From the human T2T-CHM13v2.0 reference genome, Homo sapiens: 64,000 nucleotides of DNA. The position numbers and the translations under genes are program-made. Positions 40,705 through 52,861 of this stretch are shown one piece after another. Location: NCBI RefSeq assembly GCF_009914755.1, contig NC_060926.1, one strand, 5' to 3'. The notes below the pieces were generated by a model, which had not been told where the DNA came from, did not search any database, and saw only the letters and a program-made list of their open reading frames with translations. How positions within the stretch are numbered: the stretch's first letter is position 1; each line of letters opens with the position of its first letter.

Positions 40705-41361
40705 GTAGTACTATTGTATCAAGTCATACTGATTATATTGTATATACTTACAGCTTTTGTAATTATTTAATATATATTTGATGCCTTATGAGGAAATTAT
40801 CTAATTAGAAGGCAACATCTTCTACATCGTTTCTAAAATTATTTTATTATATTTGTTCAACAATAGTTAGAATTCTTAACTCTGACAAGCATCTACCAAG
40901 CAGGATTTGAGTCTGTTCTATGTGGACTAGTATACTTCATGATACTCAAAGCAACTTCAGATTCCTTTTCCCAGTGGTGATGTGTGGTATTTGAGACAAG
41001 CACACTTCCTTTCATTTACTTCTTTCTCTACTATGGTATCTTGTAAACCCATGTTAAAAGTTTAATGTTTAGTTTTTTTCCATGTTTCAAATGATTATGA
41101 AAGACAAGATACCTTGTTTGCTTAATCATGACTTTTTTTCTCCTTTGAGACCACTTGGACCAAAGTGACTATCAAAATAGTTGTACAATGTGCCCTGATA
41201 AATTGGGGGGAATAGGTTGTTGGGGAATTTTATTTGTTTTTATTTATTGTTGTTTGTTGTGGTCATTGTTTTGACTGTAGACACCTATTTGAGGTCTACT
41301 TTTGAAAAAGAATATTATTGGATATAGAAAGTAATTCAAATATTATTGGCAAGATAAATTT

Positions 41362-41489
41362 ATTTTACTTTAAGTTCCGGGATACATGTGCAGAACGTGC
41401 AGGTTTGTTACATAGGTATACGTGTGCCATGGGGGTTTGCTGCACCTATTAACCTGTCATCTAGGTTTTAAGCCCTGCATGCATTAGGT
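41362..41489 (-). mobile_element. 5'-truncated L1 3' end (L1PA7/L1PA8-like)
   Basis: actttaagttccgggatacatgtgcagaacgtgcaggtttgttacatagg...ctaggttttaagccc. 10-bp TSD agataaattt at 41352-41361 and 41490-41499. Confidence 0.92.
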
Positions 41490-42138
41490 AGATAAATTTC
41501 TGCAAGAAGTATAATGAGAAGGACAAATTGATGAGGACATCTTCTCTAACAATGAAGAAAGAGTTTTATATATTATTTGGCAATCTCTAGAGTTTCTACA
41601 TGAGACTCCAAGATGGCATATTGTCCGTCTTTCTATCTCCCTACCTACCTATTTATCCATCTATCTGTCTGCCTGCCTGTCTATCTATCCGTCTTCGTCT
41701 CCTCTCCCCACCCCCAACACAAATATGACAGAAATGAATACATTCAGATTATATACATACAGATTCAGTTTCATCTGGTTTGATTTGGTTTGGTAATAAT
41801 CCATACACTGAGCTAAGTGCTCCAATTTTCTTTTTCTTTTTTCTTTTTCGAGGCTAGCTTGTTCCCCTGTTTTGGAAAATTTCCTCCTTACTGAAACATC
41901 ACATTACAACCAATATTATACTTTGCCAAATATTTTGTTGTAAATTCTGATGGCCCACTCTTAAGCAATCATTTATATGTGTACTTCTAGTACATAAGAC
42001 TTCATTGAGTTTTCAGTTTGTGCATTCCATTATCATGAATGTACTGAGAAGCAACTTAATGATTTATTCCTTAACCCAAACACTTAATTTTACTCCTTTG
42101 ACTTTTACAAAAATATCATTAGTCTTTCAAGAATAGGA

Positions 42139-42211
42139 AATCTTACAAATCAACACTAAAGAACTTACTCATGTAACCAAATACTACCTGTTCCCCACGA
42201 GCCTATGGAAA

Positions 42212-42242
<31 letters not shown>

Positions 42243-42244
42243 AT
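42139..42244 (+). mobile_element. L1PB-like 3' end with a (TAAA)n tail
   Basis: cactaaagaacttactcatgtaaccaaatactacctgttcccc...cctatggaaataaa. aatagga is present on both sides (42132 and 42242). Confidence 0.85.
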
Positions 42245-42254
42245 AGGACTAGTC

Positions 42255-42568
42255 AGCTGGGCACAGTGACTCACACCTGTAATCACAGCACTTTGGGAGG
42301 CTGAGGCAGGAGGATCACTTGAGCCCAGGATTTCGAGACCAATCTGGCAACATAGTGAAACCCCATCTCTACGAAAAATAGAGAAAAAAATAGCCAGGCA
42401 TGGTGACACGTGCCTGTAATCCCAGGTACTCGGAAGGAAGAGGTGGGAGGATCACCTGAGCCTGAGGAGGTCGAGGCTGCAGTGAGCCGTGATGGTGTCT
42501 CTGCATTCCAGCCTGGCGACAAAAAATAAAATGGAGTAGTCGATTTAAAAAAAAAAAAAAAAAAAAAA
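42255..42568 (+). mobile_element. AluJ (Jb-like) with an atypical 3' end
   Basis: Dimeric, with J-type gaggtcgaggctgcagtgagc. The normal agagcgagaccctgtctc ending is replaced by unrelated sequence before the poly(A). Confidence 0.93.
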
Positions 42569-43339
42569 GGACCCAGAGACTCCAAGAGTTCTATTTCACC
42601 AATGATACCATAGCTTCTTAATCTACTCATGTACATGTGACTGTGCTTATATAAATTTGAATTTTAAAATTGCTTGTAGACAAATTAAGATAGAAAAAGA
42701 AATAAGATATCACATTAATGAATGGGTATTCATAAATTTATATATAAACTTCATATTGTATATTCCAAAGGGATCTGGAAATTTTTATATTTTTATGGGA
42801 GTTAGGAAGATTCTTTCTTTACCACTTTCATTACATTATTTCATTAAGGAATCTGATGAAAGATATGGATACTTGCCTTAGAAAAAATTTCACATAAACA
42901 ATGTCAAATTGTGGAATTCCTGAAGCTCATTCACAGGCCTCCCTGGAGTCTTTGATTTCAGTGTTATGTCAGTTAACATGTATTAAATTCCTGTCATATG
43001 CTAAGCAATTTTAAGAAGGCTTGAAAAGTTTGGGCACAAAAATGATATGTTCTAGATGATAAAGATAAAGTATGTGCACCTCATTTCACTGATGAGTAGT
43101 GAGTGGACACCTTTTAAAAGCCTATGACAGTGCCTGTACATAAAAAGAGATTAATAAATGTTAACCATCCTCTCTCCTCTTAAAAAAAAAAAAAAAAATC
43201 TAGTGAGGGAGATACACATTTAAGCAATTATATTCAAAAAATAGATGAGACAGATAAAGAGAAAATAGCACATAATTACACAGTACTTACAATTTCATAG
43301 TCCCTTTTATATTGGACAACTTTATAACCCCTTTTGTAT

Positions 43340-43515
43340 ATTTACTCATCTGAATCTCAGGTCATTATTAGTCAGGTACTGTTATTCCCATTTTATAGAT
43401 GAAAATATCAAGGACTAGAGAGGTAATGAAACTTGCTCAAGATTGCACAAGTATTGGCAGAACCAGGACTAAAAGCCAGGTAATGTGTTCCAAGAATCCA
43501 TGTGCTTAACCGTCA
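43340..43515 (-). mobile_element. MIR SINE
   Basis: ttattcccattttatagatgaaaa...agagaggtaatgaaacttgctcaag is the antisense MIR core. Confidence 0.8.
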
Positions 43516-43544
43516 CATTTGCTATCTCATAAAAATACAACAAA

Positions 43545-43903
<359 letters not shown>

Positions 43904-44689
43904 TTACTTTTGTTGGTAGTCTAGGAAAAGTCTCAGAGAAGCACATCAAATTTGTGTTAGGCATTGAAAGAGTAGAGGAGACATATAGTACCTAGGGTGG
44001 GATGTCTTATTAAATATAAATATGACTTAACATACTTAGTGTAATATTAATAAAGTTCTATGTCTCCTAATGAAAGAATAAAACATAATTATTGAGTTAC
44101 TCATGAACAAGAAATCCCAAATACATGAAACATCCTGTGGACCTAGCAAACCTGCAAAACCATTTTCCTGAGGCTAAACTGTTTTCAGAAATATGTTAGC
44201 TCTTAAAAACAGGTCTATAACAACAAATCCCAAATATTGTGTATCTGTGAGGTACAATTATTCTGTTACTCACATATAACTGATTTGTACTTTTGTTATT
44301 TCTCAAAGAATTGGCAAAGGGTGCCGCAACGTAAGTGGATGAAAGCCATTATAATGGGTGAAATAAAATCCGGTGGCTAAGAAAGAACAGATTTCTAAAG
44401 GGGAAAATATTATTCAGTTCCTAGTTTTAAAAAATGGGATATAGAATATTATAGGTGGATTATGGGATATTGTCACTGGAATGTACCACTTTCACCTGGA
44501 GCCACACTATTTGGTGTCATTAGTAGCTGCTTATTCTCGCCATTTTCCCCACCCCATTTCTTTCCCACTGCTACCCCACCCTGCCATATCCTGCACAGAG
44601 ACAATCCATTCTTTGATTCTTCTTTGGACAATAAGAGTAATTTTTACATGTCAGCACTCGTAAATCCACCCTATGACCATAGTAGGTTG

Positions 44690-44999
44690 TTTTTTGGGGG
44701 GGTTTCTGTTTGCTTTTTTGAGATAGTGTCTTGCTCTGTCACTCAGGCTGAATTGCAGTGATGTGATCTTGGCTCACTGCAGCCTCAACTCCCTGGACTC
44801 AAAATTCTCCTGCCTCAGCCCCCTAAGTAGCTGTGACCACAGGCATGCACCACCACACCTGGCTAATTTTTGTATTTTTTGTAGAGATAGGGTCTCACTG
44901 TGTTGTCCAGGCTGGTCTCAACCTCCTGGGCTTAAGCAATCCTCCTGCCTTGGCTTCCCAAAGTTCTGGGATTACAGGCATGAGCTACTGCTCCTGGCC
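44690..44999 (-). mobile_element. Full-length AluJ
   Basis: Antisense dimer with gcagcctcaactccctgg and cctgggcttaagcaatcctcc (J-type), ending cctggcc at 44999. Confidence 0.94.
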
Positions 45000-47900
45000 A
45001 TAGGTACTTCTGGAAAGAGTTGTTCTACCCCACCAGACTAATGACTCCTCCAGGACAGGTATGTATAATCCTTTTCCCATTTTATAATCTCAGAATTTAA
45101 TGCTGTTAATACATGTGTGCCAAAATGATTGATTATAAAAGGGAAAATAAATGAATATATGATCATCACAGATTCACTATGAGGGTGAATCAACAGTGGG
45201 ATCCATATTTGTAAAATAAAACAATGAAAAAATAAGAGGTTAGAAAGAAAGGAAATTTGGCTAGATATGTTAATCACAGATGTGGACATTAAAATGTAGT
45301 CTAAGTCATCTTATGACAAAATAGGTACTGATATATGACAGTTTATATTTTTAAAAAGCAAATGTTTATTTAATTTCAAGGTTAACATTAGTGATGTTAT
45401 GCTAAAATGTGTGTGTTCCTAGTAATAATTGCATTACTAACATCTATCTAGATGAGAGCTCTCTACTATAATCAATAGAAATGTCATTGGCCTCCCCTCC
45501 TCTCTTCACCTCTCATTCTGCCATTTCTCCCTAGAGCACTATTAAATGTAAATTTCCCAAATTCTTTTCTGTGACTTTTATGGCCTGAAAGTAAGTAATC
45601 TGATTGGTGATGAAAATTCAGAACAACATAGCCCAAGTACCCTGGGAATCACAGTTCTGCCAAGCACTTATGAACTAAGAAAAATATACTCTCTTGCACA
45701 TGTGGAATGTCAGAGGAGGAACTGTGCGGCTCACTCAGCTCACTAGGTGTTAGAACAACAGTGCAAGGGTATCCAGTGGTGACATACATAAAGACATGGC
45801 CTCCCTGGGAGCTCCAGTGATTTAGAAATGAAATCTTAGACTGCCCTGTGAAAGTTGAAGATCCTGTTGCTTTACAAAGGAATGGATATTGCATAACTTG
45901 AAGATAAAGAGAGCAAACCCACTGATAATACTGCCATGGTTAAGTGTTCTTACTGAAAACTTCTATCAACACTATGGCTCTAAAGAGTTCATTCCGGCAG
46001 CCAAGAACAGGGAAATGCCAGCTGAGACCCCAACTACTCCAAATGCTCATTAAATAGATTTTACTTTTTTCGGTGATGGTTGTTTGAAAATAGGAGTGTT
46101 TATGAGAAGCGCAAGCTCTCTTTAAAGAAAAAGTAGGAAATGACAACAGAACAAGCTCACATTGTAAAATGCACTATGCAAAGAGAAAAACAAACAAATA
46201 CACACGCATGTGGCATTCTTTGTCATCTCTGACATCTTCAACTTCCGCGTTTCCCATTGGTTGCAATCAGAGCTGGTGTTTAGAATAATGACTGCTAGGT
46301 TCTGTAAGATTCTCAACATTACAGATATATTTCATTATGCAACCCTTTAGTATTCTAAAAGTGGAAGGAGAAATGAACTAAGCCATTTTAAGATAGATTT
46401 AAATTACAAAGATAGAAAAGCAGAGAGATTTTTATTCATTCTGAGCTAACCAGGAAAATCAATTAACTAAAATTCCTGATTGCCAGAGCATGCTATGTAA
46501 TTTGTATGATATTAACTTTGGTTTTACTTACCTTCAATTGTTTATAGCCTGTCAATGAAAATATTTCCTGAACAATGTTCAAGTATTAACATTCATTGAT
46601 AGAATCAATTCACTGCAGCCTACTCTGTCTGGCTTGCGTAAGGTTGGTGTAGAAAACGAAGCTTCCAAAATCAGGATCCGGACCAGAAGGAAAGCTTTGT
46701 ATATTATGAGCTAAGAACATTTATTTTTATCAATTTCAGATATGTATATGGTAAGACTTAGAACACATAGAATAAAATTCAGAAAGTAACATGTACCGTG
46801 GAAGCTAACACTAAGCATTAGAAAATTTGATCTTAATTAGATTTATTTTAAAGGGTATGCCATATAAAATCTATCATTAATATTATAATAATTTAATATT
46901 TAATTTAAATTCATACTTTAATTTACTCCCACTTTCTTCTGGCTTTCTGTTTCTCAATTTTATATTTCTTTTTGAGCCTATAATAAAACATAAACCTGGT
47001 CTCAGCTCAGTTTAATATTTTGAGATGTCGAATATTTAATTTCACAAAACATACTTTTTCCACTCCTCAAATGCATTCCTTTTTTGCTTTTTAGATTGCA
47101 CATATACTGTGTTTTGTCTTATTGGTAATGGTAAATACTTTCCTGTAATGCCTTTTAAATATTTTGCCCAGTAAGTAATAAACAAGAACTTCAATTCATT
47201 TGCCTGGCATTAAAATGAGACTTTGCTCCCTTATTGAGGAAGTACAAGTTTTGGATTTCGTTTACAAATGGCATATATGGACTGCTTTCCCCAACATTTA
47301 GTAGGGTTTTCAATGACAGGCTAATAAAATGTATCTTAAAACATTTGGGTAAAATTGTAATCCTATAAAGAATAAATACTTTAAAAAAAATCCAGCCAAT
47401 ACTTACCAAATGAAGTTATATACTGTACAAGAGAATTTTTAAGTAGGAAGAAACTTTAGTGATCATTTATTCTAGTTTCTTGTTCTAATTAACATACTTT
47501 TTAAAAACCTCTTTCTACAAAATTGAAGAATAAAAAATTGCTAGCACATTTTCAGTATTTTTTTCTTTTCATTATTAGAAAAAGTGTTTTGTAATACATA
47601 ATTATTTCAGAAAAATTGAAAAAATAAAATAATAATGCCCAAAGTGTCTATTATTAAATATATTACATAAGAGTTACATATTTTTCTGCCTTTATTTACC
47701 TTTACATATACATTGTTATTTTATAAATTGGGATCTGAAGCTAGTTTTGTTTCCTATTTTTTTTCACTAAATTTAGAGTGTGAAAGTTACAAGTCACTAA
47801 ATACTTTTCGAAAGACAATTTAATTTCTATGAAGTTTATAATAAATGTAATACAACAAATACAGTGTTAAAAAGGTTTGAGTTGGAGTTTTGTAATTAAT

Positions 47901-49457
47901 TTACAGCAATAAATTAACAAAGTAGCAAACAAAATATTATAGAACATATGCCTTTGCATCAGAACTTTTCTGTTCCTGATTGAGTATACATCAGTTTAAG
48001 ACATTTCAGTCTTCTCAATGTATTGCTCAAAAGCGAATTCTTTGAATGATGTTTATAAATAGGCTTTTTTTATATGTACTTTACATCTCTCTCTGATTTA
48101 AATAGTCCCTTTTCCCCTCACAACAAATATACCAAAATATAGTCTCCAGTTAAACATTAATAATTAATTTAATACACTCAGAATGTCATAACACTTAATG
48201 AGTAGAATACTTTGGCTTTAGAAACAGCCTTTGGAGATAAATGCAGAAAGGAAAATAAACATAATGTTTACTGAAATTAACTAGAATGGTGAAGGGTCCC
48301 CCTCACCAATGCCTTGGATGCATGACTTTGGGAGATATGTTTCAATTCAGCAAAGCAGGTGATCTAGTAATAGTGGCTAATGTGATTAGCACTTGTGAAA
48401 ATAAGGTCATAAAGCACAATTTCTAAGATCTTTTAGAAATAACTTGCAGGTGGTTAGAAATTCAAAGCCATTCTTGAGTCTGGAGATACGAAACAGTTTA
48501 TTAAACAGATATTAAAGTACTTCTAAAACTTTAAGAAATAAAGACACTTTTCTATCAATCTCATCTGGTATTAAGGCTAATGTTATGTATCCATGTTACC
48601 TCTTGGCATATTGGGGTCAATTCCCAGTTATCTATCCAAAATAGTAATATACTGGATCAAACCCAATATCTTTCCTGTTCTGAATTCTCTCTCTGATAAC
48701 AGCGGTAGTTTATAAAAGAGCTGTAGTCACTCTTAATGCCTTAAAGAAAGAATATACTTCCAAAACAAAAATCAATGGGAACTTTGAATCACTCAAGAGT
48801 ATCATTTTAGCCAGTTTTTTCCAACATCTTCCTAAGCACCATCCTCTACCAGTTCTGCTAAAAGTAGAAACATTGATTGATGTGTTTTATCTCCTTCCCC
48901 CTCCACTGCCATCCTCTAGCAGAGATTCTAGAAAGAGAAGAAATGCCCTAAAGACAGGTTGCTTGAGGAAAATGGAGAAGTCAAAGATTTGAATTATATC
49001 CACAAACTGGATAATCAATCTCTAAAGTATTGAAAGTTGACTGTACACAAAAAGTGCAGTAGATAAATATTACAGTTTGTAAGTTGAAGCATGTAAAATA
49101 TTGAAGGGAATGGGTGGAATCTTTGATGTTACATGTGATAAACCTTGGAACCAATAAGGTTTTTTTTAATTATTTTTTTATTTTTTATTTATTTATTTTT
49201 TAAGTTTTAAAGGTTTGAACCATGAAGTTTTAAATGGGAATTTCAAAAATTTGCAAGTTAAGCATCCCCGATGACTTGTTTTAGAACTTCAAATTTCCAC
49301 ATATGCACTCATTAAAAGCAGAGATGATTAATCAATTGTCTCAAGTGCATGCATACATGCCTTCCATGTACATGACTAAACTAAAAATGGGAGTGAAGGT
49401 TGAGAACTCAGTCTGTGCACCACATGAGTAAATCACCATCCAAGCATCCAAGCATAA

Positions 49458-49677
49458 ATTTGCCTGTTGTTGCTGATCAGTGCTTGAATTCATAGTAAAA
49501 TGACCCACACTGATCATTTAACAAGGTGGTTTTTTAGGCATGTATATATATATATGTGTGTGTGTATACATTTGCCTGTTGGTGCCGATCAGTGCTTGAA
49601 TTCATAGTAAAATGACCCACACTGACCATTCATAGTAAAATGACCCACACTGACCATTAACAAGGTGGTTTTTAGGC

Positions 49678-49730
<53 letters not shown>

Positions 49731-49741
49731 AGAGAGAGAGA
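49458..49741. repeat. 112-bp tandem duplication with a nested 28-bp duplication and (TA)n(TG)n(GA)n microsatellites
   Basis: Copy 1 starts at 49458 and copy 2 at 49570 (atttgcctgttg...). attcatagtaaaatgacccacactgacc repeats at 49600-49627 and 49628-49655. Confidence 0.96.
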
Positions 49742-50499
49742 ATCAGCTTCATCATGGTATAGTTTACACAATTCTCTCTTTAGTTTCCTGAAAAAGAATC
49801 TGAAGTTTCTAATGTGAACTTTCATTGTTTTTGTCTTCTACAAAGATGTATTGTCAACTATAGAGAAAAGTGAACAACCAAAAGTTGTCATAAAAATTAA
49901 ATTGAAAATAAAGGAATCTGAAATAATTATTAATAAATTTCCCTTTTTCAAGTAAATATACTTCAAAATTTAAGTAGGAAAAATAATGACTATTTTTTTC
50001 AAAGAAAAAGTAAAGGAAACAAATACACAAATAGGTAAATTTTAAAGACGTTCTTACTCAACATCCATTAAACAAATATTTTATTGTGCCAGGAACTAGA
50101 TTCTCATTTTCAATCCTCAAAATTTGCAGTGGAACAGAGCAAAAAGAACAAAATTACCCATTTTTGTATGTATCTACTTTGTGTAAAGCAGTATAGTAGG
50201 TACTTTCCAAAGAAAATGATGAAGGAAGGGATAAAAAGAAATACATCAGGACTGTGGTTATAGCCCTCAAGCAGATCTAATCTAATTGGAGAATTGAGTA
50301 GGCAACTGATAGTGTAAACAAAACAGATAAAGCAGATTAATGAGTTCTAATGTAATATGTTAGTACTCTGCTTCTTATTAGTCTCCTACTTAATCTACTA
50401 TTTGAAGTAATAATGTAGTATAGTAGGAAGAACGTTACTCTGTGGTTTCCATTCCTGGCTCTGTTACTAACATTTGGGCTGACCATGGGCAAATGACTT

Positions 50500-50830
50500 A
50501 ATAACAGGAATAGCTACCATTGATTTGATTGCCTGGGTGCTTTGCATGCATTGTTTTGTTCAATCCTCACGTCAACCATATGGTATCATTCTGACTATAA
50601 AAGTGACTGTAAGTCCAGTTTGTTAGAGATAGTCCTGCTTTTGCCCTATTGTCCAAGTACACTTGTTACCAGTGTCAGTGTCTCCTTTTACCCTCAAGAG
50701 TGCTCCAGTTTGGATGATATAATAAATTTTCTCCATTTGATGAGAAACTTGATAATTGCAATCTAACAAGTAGTAGAAACAGATTTGATCCAAGGCTGTT
50801 GATGCCTAAAGCCCATATACATAGCCACTC
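50500..50830 (-). mobile_element. MIR interrupted by MER94
   Basis: gtgctttgcatgcatt..ttcaatcctcac lies left of the MER94; gatgagaaact...gatttgatccaaggctg..ctaaagccc lies right of it. Confidence 0.6.
50601..50734 (-). mobile_element. MER94-like hAT-Blackjack DNA transposon (MITE)
   Basis: gtgactgtaagtccagtttg..gatagtcc...tgtcc...ctcaagagtgctccagtttggatgat matches recalled MER94 consensus over about 134 bp. Confidence 0.75.
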
Positions 50831-51280
50831 TATATATGTTCATTCTGGTTAAATAGTTGCTGCGCTTCCTTGTATATACATAAAATGAAGCCTTTAAAGT
50901 AAATGATCTCCAGGATTCCTTCCATCTCTGAACCCTAGGACTCCAAGTACAGACAGACACATATGTGTGGGCTCATGATACTGGGATATAAACTTTACAT
51001 CAGGCTTAGCGAACAGAATTAGGAAACAATGATGAAAAGAAGGCTAGACAGAATGGGACATTTAACACATTATAGAATTCATAATACAGGTGCGGCTCTG
51101 AATACTTAACAGAAAGAAACTAGCATCCCCGGGCAATGTGAATGAGAGATGACCCTGGACTGTTAGTTAAGCGAAGCTGTATCTTGGTGTGTGAATGACA
51201 CGTTAAGAACATGGTATAATGTGGCATCCTGGTTCTTGTATTTTGAAAATACTTGAATATTGTTTAGAGTCATTTGCATC

Positions 51281-51350
51281 TATTTAAAACAAGACTAATT
51301 GTATTAAAACAAGTCTAGTTGCGTGTATTTAAAACAAGTCTAGTCGAGTG
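51281..51350. repeat. Three-copy degenerate minisatellite (~20-25 bp)
   Basis: tat(t)taaaacaag(a/t)cta(a/g)t at 51281, 51302 and 51326. Confidence 0.85.
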
Positions 51351-52230
51351 AAGTCTTCATTCAAATTCTCTTTTTGCTGAATATTATATGGCCTACAAAG
51401 AGTTGTTTGGCTTTGCTGTGATTTTAAGGTGCACTTCAGATTTATATTCTCCCCAGATGATTATATTTTCCTGGGGAATGTTGATGCATTCCCGCCAGCT
51501 TTGACTTCTCATATTCCCTTCTTTACCCTCATCTTATTGGATGTCTGCCATCAATATTAAATTGTCTTAATCCTGATTTTTCTACCTATTGCTGCTTTTG
51601 CAGTTGGCACTGATTCTTATGCCCCTTGAAAGGTACTTGTGTGGCAAAAGATTGAAAAAAAAATTGGCAGTTGTTGTCAGGGTTAATGTAGAAAAATAAA
51701 TCTCTTATATTGCCAGTTTGGATTTACTTTTCATTTTTAATGGCCCCAACAGATGTTGGAGGAATCCTCTACTTCCTGCACACTTCCATTTTTACAGCTG
51801 GTACTGCTTGACTGGTTCTTGACTTTGGGGGAGCAGTTCCTGGGTGTTTACACAGTGATTTACAGGCACCCTCTCACTATAGACTATGACCATCCTCTTG
51901 TGTCTTTTTTCCCTTGCGATTTTTCTTGAAACTGATGTAACTCTCAATGCAGCACCTCACAAAGTTTTTCTAACCCAGTGTTTCCTGAGCAATAGATTCT
52001 TTCCCTACTGTGCAGCATTCTGAAATGTGTGGTATGTTAGATTTTTTAAAAAAAGCATAAAGGGGAGGAGGTACAAATAAGAGGTGATTTTCAAACTTAG
52101 CAAATCAGGCAATCTATCCTTTTTGATATCTCTCTTTGTATCTTTTTCTTATGTTTTCCCAAAGTATTCATCACAATTTTCATCTAGGTGGTTCACTTCT
52201 CTTGATGCTTTTGCTTTTTCCTAAAACCAC

Positions 52231-52352
52231 CCTCCCTTCTTTCCTTTCTTGCTTCTTTCCTTCCTTCCTTCCTTCCTTTCCTTCCTTCCTCCCTCCCTTT
52301 CCTTCCTTCCTCCCTCCCTCCTCCCTTCCTTTCTTTCTTCCTCCCTTCCTTC
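52231..52352. repeat. Polypyrimidine (CCTT/CCCT)n low-complexity tract
   Basis: About 120 bp of almost pure C/T on the + strand. Confidence 0.95.
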
Positions 52353-52384
52353 CACCAGCCTCAGTGTCACTAGCTTCCAAAAAC

Positions 52385-52861
52385 TGTACTAATATCCTAA
52401 GGCTACTGTAACAAAGTACCACACAAACAGGAGGCTTAAAACAACAGTAACCTCTTGTCTCACTGTTTTGGAGGCTAGACATCTGAAATCAAGGTGTCTT
52501 CAGGGCACGCTCCCACTGAAACCTGGAGGAATCATGCCTTGCCTCTCTGGTTTCTGGTGGACAGCTGCCAATCTTTGACAGTCCTTGGTGTGCAGCTGGA
52601 TCATCCAAGCCTCTGCCTTTGCTGTCACATGGTGTTCTCCTTGTGTGTCTTCACATTCTCTGTGCATGTATGTCTCAGAGTCCAAATTTCCCTTTTGGTA
52701 AGGACACCAATCATATTGAATTAGGGTCCCCTTAATGACCTCATTTTAACTTGATTAGCTCTGCAAAGACCCTGTATCCAAATCCGGTCACCTTCTGAGG
52801 TACTGGGGGTTAGGACTTTAACATATCTTTTCTTGAGGGGGACACAATTCAACCCATAACA
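52385..52861 (-). mobile_element. MLT1C-like (ERVL-MaLR) solo LTR
   Basis: Minus strand begins TGTTATGGGTTGAATTGTGTCCCC and ends ...gtACA. Internal gtaacaaagtaccac and aaggacaccaatcatattg. About 477 bp. Confidence 0.92.

Noticed and set aside
49458-51350. CRISPR-like or prokaryotic repeat array from the 28-bp and ~22-bp repeats
   Set aside because: The repeats are tandem with no regular unique spacers, have only 2-3 copies and no cas genes, and sit in primate DNA.
51449-51493. Overlapping hairpins tccccag/ctgggga and gggaatg/cattccc as an RNA switch or pre-miRNA
   Set aside because: 7-bp stems are common by chance and far shorter than a miRNA precursor stem.
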